DNA from: a virus
Lineage: Duplodnaviria > Caudoviricetes
Length of the DNA stretch: 64,000 bases
Reading direction: 5' to 3' (one strand)
IMG/VR virus record: IMGVR_UViG_3300030376_004823
Coordinates: 3,917 to 67,916 of that record
Position 1 is the stretch's first letter; the number at the start of each line of letters is the position of its first letter. The position numbers were made by a program, and so were the translations under genes. Shown here piece after piece: positions 8,811 to 16,737 of the stretch. Under the pieces are notes generated by a model. The model did not search any database. It saw only the letters and a list, made by a program, of their open reading frames with translations, and was not told the DNA's origin.

Positions 8811-9317
8811 TTAGTATCGGATGATTCTCCCTCCCCCTGGCATCTTTCTTCCTGGGGCGGGTTGACCGCCTTGTCCGCGCATACCCCCGAGCTTTTCCAT
8901 CAGGTCTTGCATCTGTGACTCTCCCTGTCCCCCCAATCCTTGTGCCGCCTCTTCGCCTCTAGACTTTCCGTCCATAGTAGACTCGTCAAGAGTAAAGTCC
9001 CCCTCAGAGTTCCTTACGTATGGGAAGTCTTCGTCAGGGAGAAACATATTCCCGTCTTGGTCCTGGCCCTGGGCGTACTCGTTCCAGTTACCATAGACCT
9101 TGAAAGAACCTGGAGTCTGTTGCCATTGCTCGTCAGGGGCGCCCATATCCAGCTCCTCCCCCTTGTTCACCCATACGAACTCCTTCATCTCCCCGCTATC
9201 GGACTGCTCTCTACGTACAGTAGAAGCAAACTGCCCGATCAAAGTGCCAGAATCCTCTCTCCCCTTGTTCTCCATCGCCTCTCTAAGACGATCGGACATG
9301 GTTCCAGAGTTCATCAT
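8811..9317 (-). CDS. Hypothetical protein with G/Q-rich C-terminus ending KMPGGGRIIRY
   Basis: 168-aa ORF coupled to the upstream gene. Confidence 0.55.
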   Translation of the reverse strand: MMNSGTMSDRLREAMENKGREDSGTLIGQFASTVRREQSDSGEMKEFVWVNKGEELDMGAPDEQWQQTPGSFKVYGNWNEYAQGQDQDGNMFLPDEDFPYVRNSEGDFTLDESTMDGKSRGEEAAQGLGGQGESQMQDLMEKLGGMRGQGGQPAPGRKMPGGGRIIRY

Positions 9318-9613
9318 GACTTCTTCTTCTTCATGAGGCGAACCATCTTCTTCTCTCTGCGGACGTCCTTCTTGTCAGCGCCCTGAGCGACGACCTTACC
9401 GCCCTTCTTGTACTTCCTCTTCCTAAGAGAATCCGAAGGTTTTTCGTCCTTACCAGCCATCTGAGCAGAACCTCTCATGTGCTCAGCGGCTCTACCCCTT
9501 GCTTTCATGAAGTTCTTTCTAGCCATTCCGTCCACAGATCCGCCTTTTGCGGTTGCCGTGGTTTTGGGTTTCATCTTACCGCCCTTCTTGTATGTCTTCT
9601 TAGCTTTCACCAT
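9314..9613 (-). CDS. Small basic protein with two YKKGG motifs
   Basis: TYKKGGKM and KYKKGGKV; TATATTTG lies 4 nt before the ATG. Confidence 0.65.
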   Translation of the reverse strand: MVKAKKTYKKGGKMKPKTTATAKGGSVDGMARKNFMKARGRAAEHMRGSAQMAGKDEKPSDSLRKRKYKKGGKVVAQGADKKDVRREKKMVRLMKKKKS

Positions 9614-9617
9614 ATCG

Positions 9618-9625
9618 CAAATATA
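9618..9625 (-). promoter_or_regulatory. -7 element TATATTTG, 4 nt before ATG 9613
   Basis: Sequence TATATTTG-CGAT-ATG. Confidence 0.65.
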
Positions 9626-9630
9626 AGTGT

Positions 9631-10134
9631 TTAGATGTAGTGGTATAAAAGGATGTTTTTAAAGAAAACAGAGCTACCCATACCAGAGCTCAATCCCTGA
9701 AAGCTTATTGTGAGTGTAGAAGGGTCTGACGCTAAAACAGATCCAGAAATGACGGTTGTGGTGTCCGCAGTAGCGGTTATCGGACTCGTTATTGCGCTAC
9801 CAACTTTAAGTCTAAACGAGTGATCCTGACCAGAAACATCTACCTCCACATCAAACCCATACCTAATCGTACCAGAAGGGAAATTAACGCTAAAACGATT
9901 ATTTATGTTTCTGCCTCCTGTAGTTTGCAGTATAACCGTGTGCTCTAAAGAGTCAGTAAGACCAGAAGGCGAGGTTTGGCCATACTCTAGACTATTAAGT
10001 GAATCGTATCCAGGATCCAGAGACCAACCGTCAAGACCAGAACTGAAGTCACTTTGGTATAAAACAACCTTGTGTAACCCCACCCCAGCAGACGGGGTTA
10101 AACCATCACCATTCCCATTTCCTAGTCCTAGCAT
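9631..10134 (-). CDS. Putative virion beta-sandwich protein
   Basis: MLGLG N-terminus and beta-rich S/T/G composition, typical of tail-associated proteins of marine phages. Confidence 0.5.
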   Translation of the reverse strand: MLGLGNGNGDGLTPSAGVGLHKVVLYQSDFSSGLDGWSLDPGYDSLNSLEYGQTSPSGLTDSLEHTVILQTTGGRNINNRFSVNFPSGTIRYGFDVEVDVSGQDHSFRLKVGSAITSPITATADTTTVISGSVLASDPSTLTISFQGLSSGMGSSVFFKNILLYHYI

Positions 10135-10346
10135 TACTTGTACTTAGTCTGTTTCTTATCCTTCTTCACCATACCCGACTTGCTGACCTTCAGCTTGTCC
10201 TTGATCTTCACCCCCGCACCCTTGGCGACAAACTTAGTGACCCTTCCGCCACGCTTCTCTACACGCTTCCCCTCTACTATACGAGTCTTACCATCAACCT
10301 CTACGTCGAAACCACCCTTGGTGACCTTCCTTTTCTTAGCTCTCAT
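10134..10346 (-). CDS. Small basic protein (MRAKK...)
   Basis: 70 aa, K/R-rich, coupled to its neighbours. Confidence 0.6.
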   Translation of the reverse strand: MRAKKRKVTKGGFDVEVDGKTRIVEGKRVEKRGGRVTKFVAKGAGVKIKDKLKVSKSGMVKKDKKQTKYK

Positions 10347-10543
10347 TTCTTACCCGCGTATTTCCTGGCCTTCTGTGTAACCAGATTCTTGTACTTGTGC
10401 GGCTTGTGAGTGTTCTTCCTCGCTACCGCCTTGAGAGCTCGCATGGCCCCCATGTACGCAGGTTCGATCCCCTTGGTCTTGTGCTTCCCGCTCTCCAGCT
10501 CCTTCAAAAGCTGCTTTACACTAGGTCCTTTCTTAGCTCTCAT
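10343..10543 (-). CDS. Small basic protein (MRAKK...), first gene of the leftward late block
   Basis: 66 aa; preceded by TATATTTG-CAGT-ATG. Confidence 0.6.
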   Translation of the reverse strand: MRAKKGPSVKQLLKELESGKHKTKGIEPAYMGAMRALKAVARKNTHKPHKYKNLVTQKARKYAGKK

Positions 10544-10547
10544 ACTG

Positions 10548-10555
10548 CAAATATA
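10548..10555 (-). promoter_or_regulatory. -7 element TATATTTG, 4 nt before ATG 10543
   Basis: Consensus match. Confidence 0.65.
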
Positions 10556-11275
10556 AGAGAACAGTTTTTGCGCCTCTCACAGTAGTAAAGCTTCCTGATT
10601 ACCCCTCAACACCCAAAAACCCTTCTTGGAAGCTTTTGGCACTCTAAAAGTCTCCTTTATCGCTGAGCACCGAGGCGAAGTTACAGTATATTTTTGACAA
10701 AGTCAAGCCTTGACGGAGATTCTTGCGAATACACGCTAATTGGTTGCCTTAGAACAGACTACCAGCCAAAAAAAGAGGTGAGTAATACAGATCCTGGGGA
10801 TTCTACGTACTACATGACGCCCACTCGCGCGCACCCAAACGCATCTGCGTACCCCGACCCCTCGCATTATGCGCACCGTCGGCAAAACATTCAGCGTTTT
10901 TGCTAATCGACTGAGTGCCACAGGGTTAGACTATAGGTGAAGCAGCACCGAATCACCTGATTCTCAGGGCGTTGACACTTGCGACACACAGACAATCCCA
11001 CCCCAAACTCTTCACACACAGAACCCTGCGCCATTCCGCATGCATTATACACGCCGAATCACACGGTTCTACACAGGAAGCTTTGCTTCGCGAGGGCTTC
11101 GTTGGTTGACGTTTGCTGTGGTCTGCCTCGTGCGAATCTTCGCGTGTTTCCCCGTGCATAATGCGCAGGAGAAATCGCGCACCAGATTGTCCTCTGAATT
11201 TTCCTCATTTATCGAGAAGTTGTCCATACCTTTGTGGTCCTCAGCAACGCCGCTGGGTTCAAAGATTCTCTCGTC
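10556..11275. other. Longest apparently non-coding interval, between the divergent late and early blocks (candidate genome terminus or origin region)
   Basis: About 720 nt with no convincing ORF. Short palindromes at 10694-10714 and 10950-10963. Confidence 0.55.
11227..11234 (+). promoter_or_regulatory. Early promoter -7 element TACCTTTG
   Basis: Consensus match about 40 nt upstream of the first early gene; no canonical -33 TTTG. Confidence 0.55.
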
Positions 11276-11890
11276 ATGACCATGACATACACACTCTCCG
11301 AGTCGCAGAAGGCGACACTCACCCTCCAAGGCCGTAAGGCCGCCAACCGCCAACTGTGGGCTGCCGAGAAGGCTGACCGTAAGGCGCTGTCTGTGTGGGA
11401 GGCTAAGAAGCCTCGCAAGGCGAAGAAGGTCGCCAAGAAGATGGACAAGCTCAAGGCGGCTTCCATCCAAGCGGTCTACGACTCCGTGTCACAGACACAC
11501 ACCAGGACCGTCAAGGTCCTCCCCACGAAGCCTGTGGACAGCAAGGCTGTTTCGGCTTCTGCCAAGTCCCTCAAGCGGAAGGCAAACAAGGGTCCCAAGG
11601 ACTCGAACGGGAAGCTTGAGGCTCAGGCACAGAAGCAGAGCTTGAGACAGGCACAGACACGAGCCGCGAAAGCCGTCAAGACGGAGGTCGTGGAGGACAT
11701 CACGGGACACCGCACAGAGGTTGAGGTGACCCCGAAGAACCCCACCAAGGCACACACAATCACGAAGATGTGGTGCGACTTCTCCGAAGTTCCTGAGGGT
11801 CTTGACATGGGTGACGCTGTTCGTTGGGCCGCTCTTCAGGATGGCTACGGCCAAGCCGCTGACGAGGTGTCGATGGACGACTGCCTCTGA
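11276..11890 (+). CDS. First early gene, K/A-rich basic protein
   Basis: Start at ATG 11276 or 11282; strongly biased C/G-ending codons. Confidence 0.7.
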   Translation: MTMTYTLSESQKATLTLQGRKAANRQLWAAEKADRKALSVWEAKKPRKAKKVAKKMDKLKAASIQAVYDSVSQTHTRTVKVLPTKPVDSKAVSASAKSLKRKANKGPKDSNGKLEAQAQKQSLRQAQTRAAKAVKTEVVEDITGHRTEVEVTPKNPTKAHTITKMWCDFSEVPEGLDMGDAVRWAALQDGYGQAADEVSMDDCL

Positions 11891-11914
11891 TTCACACACA
11901 CAAAACACAGACAC

Positions 11915-12229
11915 ATGATGATTTTTTCTCTCCCCTCCCCGACTCCTATGGAGTTCACGTCCCCTGCCGCTGACTTCCTCTACGGCTTCTTCCACGAATC
12001 CTCCTCTGTGTGTAGCAACTGCCTGTTGCTTGCCGCAGACAAGGTGGAGCAACTCGAACGGAAGCAACGCTTCACAGACATGACGGTTGGCGCCCGATGG
12101 AACACACAGGCAGAACTGCGGCAGATGCGAAAGCTGTTGGATGCGATGCTGTCCTACGCCACTGAGGTCTACCCACACACACTGGGTTGCACGATGGACC
12201 CTGCCTTCAATCGCCACGTCAAGGCGTGA
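11915..12229 (+). CDS. Early hypothetical protein
   Basis: AC-rich leader CACACACACAAAACACAGACAC-ATG and early codon bias. Confidence 0.65.
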   Translation: MMIFSLPSPTPMEFTSPAADFLYGFFHESSSVCSNCLLLAADKVEQLERKQRFTDMTVGARWNTQAELRQMRKLLDAMLSYATEVYPHTLGCTMDPAFNRHVKA

Positions 12230-12239
12230 CACACAGACA

Positions 12240-12282
12240 AGCGCACACGGTGCTTGGGGAGGTTCGATTCCTCCCTGCGCTC
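12240..12282 (+). ncRNA. tRNA-like minihelix (acceptor-like stem plus T arm)
   Basis: Intergenic. AGCGCA(12240-45)/TGCGCT(12276-81) encloses GGGAGG-TTCGATT-CCTCCC. Confidence 0.55.
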
Positions 12283-12310
12283 AAATACACACACACAAGA
12301 TCGACCACAC

Positions 12311-12508
12311 ATGATGAGACGACTCTCCAACCGCTCCCTCAATGCCCTCCACTTCATCTGCCTGATGGGTGTGTGTGGCTTCTTCCTCCCCTTCGGCTAC
12401 TTCGGTGAATGGGCTATGGTCCTCGCCTTCGGAGTGTCCTTCTACCTTTGGGTGGAGACAGACATCGAACAGGCAAAGCGCGGCATTCACCCGAACGGCA
12501 ACGTTTGA
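12311..12508 (+). CDS. Small early membrane protein (2 TM)
   Basis: Hydrophobic segments ALHFICLMGVCGFFLPF and WAMVLAFGVSFYLWV. Confidence 0.6.
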   Translation: MMRRLSNRSLNALHFICLMGVCGFFLPFGYFGEWAMVLAFGVSFYLWVETDIEQAKRGIHPNGNV

Positions 12509-12525
12509 CTCTAACAGACACACAC

Positions 12526-12753
12526 ATGACAGACATGACTCACATCCTCGACGAGAGCGGCCCCTACGCCGCCACCATCCTGAACGCCGCTGACTACCTC
12601 AACGCAGAGGTGAAGGTGTTTGAAGACAGACACGGGAGGCTTTACCCCGTATTCAAGCTACCCTGCGGTATGTGTGAGGTGTACACAGACGATGAGGTGC
12701 AGGACATGGCCCAAAAGCAGTCGATGTTCAGGGCAATCTACCCTAAAGGGTAA
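12526..12753 (+). CDS. Early hypothetical protein
   Basis: ATG follows ACAGACACACAC; in frame with track ORF 12409..12753. Confidence 0.6.
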   Translation: MTDMTHILDESGPYAATILNAADYLNAEVKVFEDRHGRLYPVFKLPCGMCEVYTDDEVQDMAQKQSMFRAIYPKG

Positions 12754-12754
12754 G

Positions 12755-12795
12755 AAAATAAATTTGGAAATGTGGAATCGATGTGCTTAACTTAG
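12755..12795 (+). promoter_or_regulatory. Early sigma-A promoter (AAAATAAA-TTTG -33 ... TAACTTAG -7 variant, 21-nt spacer)
   Basis: Shares AAAATAAATTTGG with the promoters at 14881 and 16232. Confidence 0.7.
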
Positions 12796-12842
12796 CGGTC
12801 CGATTCAACACCGAATCAACATCACATTCAAAACACACTCAC

Positions 12843-13109
12843 ATGAGCAACGCAAAACTCACCGCCTATCTCGACGAAGTGGACTACTTCATCACAGACA
12901 TCACCCGTGACATCATGAAGGGTGAAGCCCACTACCCCATCTGCATCACAGACGAGGAGGGTCTCTTCCACCGCTTCATCCCACTCCCATCCCCACAGAG
13001 GGCAGGGACGGAGACACAGAAGCGTGACTACGCCAAGATGAAGGCAAGGGAGATTGTCGAAGAAATCAAAGGCTATGGGGCGGCGGGACCGCTCTCCTAC
13101 AAGGCCTGA
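12843..13109 (+). CDS. Early hypothetical protein
   Basis: ATG 12843 follows an AC-rich leader. Confidence 0.6.
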   Translation: MSNAKLTAYLDEVDYFITDITRDIMKGEAHYPICITDEEGLFHRFIPLPSPQRAGTETQKRDYAKMKAREIVEEIKGYGAAGPLSYKA

Positions 13110-13130
13110 CACACACACCCATAAAGTCCC

Positions 13131-13287
13131 ATCGGAGGCTGTATCCGATAGCAGAGGGGGGACGCTCCTAACTGCGAAACAGGTAGACCCTGTTTAGACA
13201 CACACTGGTGGATGTGACCATCATAGGCAAGCCGTGTTGAGGCAACCCTATATGCGACCATCGGAGGTTCGATTCCTCCTGTGTCTC
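13131..13287 (+). ncRNA. Structured ncRNA candidate: three hairpins plus a tRNA-like domain
   Basis: Hairpins ATCGGA/TCCGAT, GCAG-AGGGG/CTCCT-CTGC and AAACAGG/CCTGTTT. Then AGACACA(13196)/TGTGTCT(13280) encloses an extended central arm and GGAGG-TTCGATT-CCTCC. Confidence 0.65.
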
Positions 13288-13308
13288 TGACATTCAAATC
13301 TCACAGAC

Positions 13309-13800
13309 ATGAAGACATACGAATACCCCCACTTCAGCCTCATCGCTGAGTCCTATGGCCGCACCCTTGCTGACGGCGGTGACACCATCCTGCTCACACC
13401 AGGCCACACACGCTTCACCTTCCCTGCGGGGCGGCTCAACTACGACGACCTCCCGACCGACCCATGGCGTCCCTGTTGGGGTCACGCAGTCGGTGGCTGT
13501 GTGCCTGAGGTCCGTACCTCCATGGTGTGGACGGCTGACAACGGCGTGATTCACTCGCACCACCCACAGGTGATGTGGAAGAAGTTCAAGGCTTGCTTCG
13601 AGAAGACTTGGCACGCCGCCTACGAACACGGATGGATGCCTGACCACCCCTTGTGTGTCGGCACATGGGTGGACGGTGAGGACATCGTCTTCGACGTGGT
13701 TACCCTCGTGGATGACTTCTCCGAAGCGTGCCGCCTCGGTGACGTGCGTGGTGAGAAGGCCATCTACAGCATCGAGAACAGCAAAGAAATCACCCTCTAA
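13309..13800 (+). CDS. SAM lyase (SAMase)-like early protein
   Basis: Pattern GG.T...GHAVGG...VGTWVD...FDVV...EACRLG...GEKAIY resembles the phage SAM lyase family. Confidence 0.6.
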   Translation: MKTYEYPHFSLIAESYGRTLADGGDTILLTPGHTRFTFPAGRLNYDDLPTDPWRPCWGHAVGGCVPEVRTSMVWTADNGVIHSHHPQVMWKKFKACFEKTWHAAYEHGWMPDHPLCVGTWVDGEDIVFDVVTLVDDFSEACRLGDVRGEKAIYSIENSKEITL

Positions 13801-13811
13801 CACAGACACAC

Positions 13812-13985
13812 ATGACAATGACAGATTTCGTCGGTATTTGCACTGAGTGCGAAGTCAACCCGAACCTCGTGGTGGAGGTCCCCGAAGTGCGGGACCTGCT
13901 CAAGCGAGACAAGGCCAACGCCAAGATTGAGAACCAACTCCTCCTGCATACCCTCATCCACAAACACCTGACACATGACGTATGA
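13812..13985 (+). CDS. Small early protein (57 aa, CxxC; not in the track)
   Basis: MTMTDFVGICTECEVNP...; AC-rich leader; overlaps the next start. Confidence 0.55.
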   Translation: MTMTDFVGICTECEVNPNLVVEVPEVRDLLKRDKANAKIENQLLLHTLIHKHLTHDV

Positions 13986-14244
13986 AGACTACAAGCGTGA
14001 CCTCGCTGTCCGCATCCTCCGCCGCCTCGGATACAAGGCCGACGACTCCCTGCACACCGCCGTTGACTCTGTTATGCAGAGCCTCGACGAGTTTCTCCCC
14101 AAGGACGAGTCAGACAAGCGCGGCCCTACAGAGTTCACGGATCTTGTGTGCGTGTACGAGGTCGATTGCCCTGACTGCGATGCAAGTCCTGAATACACTG
14201 ACGTTCACCCCTTCTGCCCTGAGTGCGGATACAGCTTCAACTGA
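13975..14244 (+). CDS. Early protein with C-terminal Zn ribbon
   Basis: CPDC...CPECG. Confidence 0.65.
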   Translation: MTYEDYKRDLAVRILRRLGYKADDSLHTAVDSVMQSLDEFLPKDESDKRGPTEFTDLVCVYEVDCPDCDASPEYTDVHPFCPECGYSFN

Positions 14245-14251
14245 CACAGAC

Positions 14252-14413
14252 ATGACACAAGACGAAATCCAAAAGGTGCAACAGGCACTCATGATGGCGG
14301 AGATGTTCTTCATCGCCACCCCTATCGAAACCATCGAGAAGATGGGGAACCCGCTCGGCAAGGTGCTGAGTGAGGCTGTCGGTATCACCCTCAAGTACAC
14401 AGACAATGAGTAA
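14252..14413 (+). CDS. Small early protein
   Basis: MTQDEIQKVQQ... follows TGACACAGAC. Confidence 0.55.
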   Translation: MTQDEIQKVQQALMMAEMFFIATPIETIEKMGNPLGKVLSEAVGITLKYTDNE

Positions 14414-14882
14414 TTCAATGACACACCAAGTAGACTTGGCCGTAGGCTACTCCAAGGTCAACCCGCTTCAGCGGCTCCCCACCTATGACGCAACTCACCC
14501 TCCAAAGGGATACGACGAGGATTGTCGGATGTTTATGTGTGAGGGCATCTACCCTGTGGACAGGGACACCAAGTCAGGCAGACGCCTGTGGGAAGAGGGG
14601 TGCAAGCTTGTCCGTGTTGTCGGGCAGACCCACCACTTCATTACCTTCGAGAAGGTGTGGCAAGTGGAATTAAAACCAGACACGAACACGGTGTATGCGT
14701 TTGGTGACACGTTCCGCGTCAAGATTTACGGACGAGGTGGAGGCATCGAGTGGGTAGGGGGCAACAGCCTCAGCAAGGCCTTCACCACTTGTCGCAGACT
14801 ACTTAATTGGGACAAGCCCACAGGCCTGATCAGTTGGTCCGTGCGACCCAATCCAAGCCAAGACTTCCCCTTTGGGGAGTAA
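14406..14882 (+). CDS. Early hypothetical protein
   Basis: Overlapping start; beta-rich sequence. Confidence 0.6.
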   Translation: MSNSMTHQVDLAVGYSKVNPLQRLPTYDATHPPKGYDEDCRMFMCEGIYPVDRDTKSGRRLWEEGCKLVRVVGQTHHFITFEKVWQVELKPDTNTVYAFGDTFRVKIYGRGGGIEWVGGNSLSKAFTTCRRLLNWDKPTGLISWSVRPNPSQDFPFGE

Positions 14883-14920
14883 AATAAATTTGGTAGATAC
14901 AAACATTTGACTTACCTTTG
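14881..14920 (+). promoter_or_regulatory. Early sigma-A promoter: TTTG (14889-92), 20-nt spacer, TACCTTTG (14913-20)
   Basis: Canonical Bacteroidota -33/-7 architecture. Confidence 0.85.
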
Positions 14921-14960
14921 TCCACGGCAATTCAGCCAACGACATTCAAATCTCACACTC

Positions 14961-15659
14961 ATGAACACTGCACTACGCATTGCCCCTCACTACTTCATCA
15001 TCGACTCCATCGGAGGCATGAACGAGGGCTACTCAGATACCACCTGCCGCCGCGTCGAGGACGTGGTGACCCCCGAACTTGGCAAGGCTCTTGTCGAGGA
15101 GTACATCGACCAGTGGATGCACGACATCCATGAGCATTGGGAGTCTGAGCATGGCATCGACGTCAAGTTCGGCCACGAAGAGTGTCCGCATGGAGGATGG
15201 CACAGGGTCTACACCAACCTTGACCACTTCTCCCCTGACATGGCGGATGTGGACATTGACGAGGGACACACGCTCTTCATCCAAGTGTATGACGGGGTCA
15301 TGCTCGGCGATGGTGTCGTGGTATACGACCAAATGGACGACAAGGTTCGCACTATCACGAACAAGTCCACCGCCATCCGCATGGCAGAGGAGGGCATCTC
15401 CATCGAGGTGGAGCGCCTCAAGCGTAAGATTTACGAGGGTGAGGGTGTCCTTGTACAGGACCTCAAGTACTACAACACCAGCCTCTTCTACTGCTACGAC
15501 TGCCTCGCTGAGGTGGTGCGTGACCTTGAGTGGCCCGCAGAATCTGTCATGGTGGACATCGACGACACCTGCACCCACTACTTCCCCACCCAAAAGGTTC
15601 GCCGTCTCATCTACCTGAACGGAAGCCGCATTGAAACTGAAACGATTTACTCAGCATGA
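14961..15659 (+). CDS. Acidic early hypothetical protein
   Basis: ATG 14961 lies downstream of the promoter; strong early codon bias. Confidence 0.7.
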   Translation: MNTALRIAPHYFIIDSIGGMNEGYSDTTCRRVEDVVTPELGKALVEEYIDQWMHDIHEHWESEHGIDVKFGHEECPHGGWHRVYTNLDHFSPDMADVDIDEGHTLFIQVYDGVMLGDGVVVYDQMDDKVRTITNKSTAIRMAEEGISIEVERLKRKIYEGEGVLVQDLKYYNTSLFYCYDCLAEVVRDLEWPAESVMVDIDDTCTHYFPTQKVRRLIYLNGSRIETETIYSA

Positions 15660-15877
15660 ACAAGTACACAGAATCAGACTACCTACGTACACACAAGGGT
15701 ATCGTAGACGACATCATCGACAGCCTCATCAGTGATTGGCACAACCCGCAGATGGATCCGCTCAGAGCGCGTGTCTGCCGCAACTTGGCCTCCACCTTGG
15801 AGGAACTGAGGGACGAGACTGGAAACGTCAACGTTTGGGTGAGCGCCGCCAACCTTGAAAAAGAACAGAAAGCATGA
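15656..15877 (+). CDS. Early hypothetical protein
   Basis: ATGA-coupled. Confidence 0.65.
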   Translation: MNKYTESDYLRTHKGIVDDIIDSLISDWHNPQMDPLRARVCRNLASTLEELRDETGNVNVWVSAANLEKEQKA

Positions 15878-16218
15878 ACATCACTTACGAAATCTTTGAC
15901 CCTATCCGCAAGGAGTTCTACATCCGCGACGAGGAGAACGTCCTCGATGACCTCTTCGATATGCTTGAGGAGGCGGTAGAGAAACACCCCCGTAGCTATG
16001 CCTACACCCAGTTCGGCCTGAAGGGGTACGTTGGTAACCACTGCAACGACGACACCCACCTTGGTACAGCCACAGGTGTGAGATTGGTGCTTGCATGGGT
16101 GTGTTCCCCACACTTCCAAGCAGACGGGGACACGGGTCGATACGAATCTCTGCTCAAGCGAATCCAAGAAAAGGAACGAAAGGGAGGCGTGTGGTGTGAT
16201 GACTACTCTTCCCTGTAA
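15874..16218 (+). CDS. Early hypothetical protein
   Basis: ATGA-coupled. Confidence 0.65.
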   Translation: MNITYEIFDPIRKEFYIRDEENVLDDLFDMLEEAVEKHPRSYAYTQFGLKGYVGNHCNDDTHLGTATGVRLVLAWVCSPHFQADGDTGRYESLLKRIQEKERKGGVWCDDYSSL

Positions 16219-16231
16219 ATCAGCAACTTAG

Positions 16232-16271
16232 AAAATAAATTTGGTGGATACGAACATTTGTTGTATCTTTG
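16232..16271 (+). promoter_or_regulatory. Early sigma-A promoter: TTTG (16240-43), 20-nt spacer, TATCTTTG (16264-71)
   Basis: Canonical spacing; near-copy of the promoter at 14881. Confidence 0.85.
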
Positions 16272-16298
16272 TCCACGTCAATTCAAACCTCACACCCC

Positions 16299-16532
16299 AT
16301 GAAACACCTCATGAAGAAACCCAGTGTCGCCGAAACATACGTGGCACAACAATACCAAGACACGGTACACCCCAACGTTGCCATCTCTACACACGTTGCC
16401 TTCATGGGCATAGTCCGAGATTGGCTTGAAGAAATCGACCCATTCGTGAAATGGCAGGACTACACCCGCCAAGACTTCATGGATGTCATGGGTGACCTCC
16501 TCGACCTATACGAAGAAAAGAAAAATGACTAA
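16299..16532 (+). CDS. Early hypothetical protein
   Basis: First ATG downstream of the promoter. Confidence 0.6.
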   Translation: MKHLMKKPSVAETYVAQQYQDTVHPNVAISTHVAFMGIVRDWLEEIDPFVKWQDYTRQDFMDVMGDLLDLYEEKKND

Positions 16533-16734
16533 GCCTAAACTCACCACGATGAGGAAGCGTGACGCTGAAGACCATTATCAGACAGCCGTCACAGCCCTCT
16601 CGGAAGAACTTCAGAAGAAGCTGGTAACAAACAAAGTCCCATCGTCACACCTCAGGGAGTGTGCAAGGGCGCTCTCCGCAATGCGAGAGTTCTTCATCCC
16701 TGAAAGCGCAAAACTTGAAAAGAAAGAAGATTAA
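16525..16734 (+). CDS. Early hypothetical protein
   Basis: Overlapping start. Confidence 0.6.
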   Translation: MTKPKLTTMRKRDAEDHYQTAVTALSEELQKKLVTNKVPSSHLRECARALSAMREFFIPESAKLEKKED

Positions 16735-16737
16735 GAT

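Noticed and set aside
13196-13287. tmRNA or a genuine tRNA
   Set aside because: No G3:U70 pair, no CCA, no tag reading frame and no standard anticodon arm.
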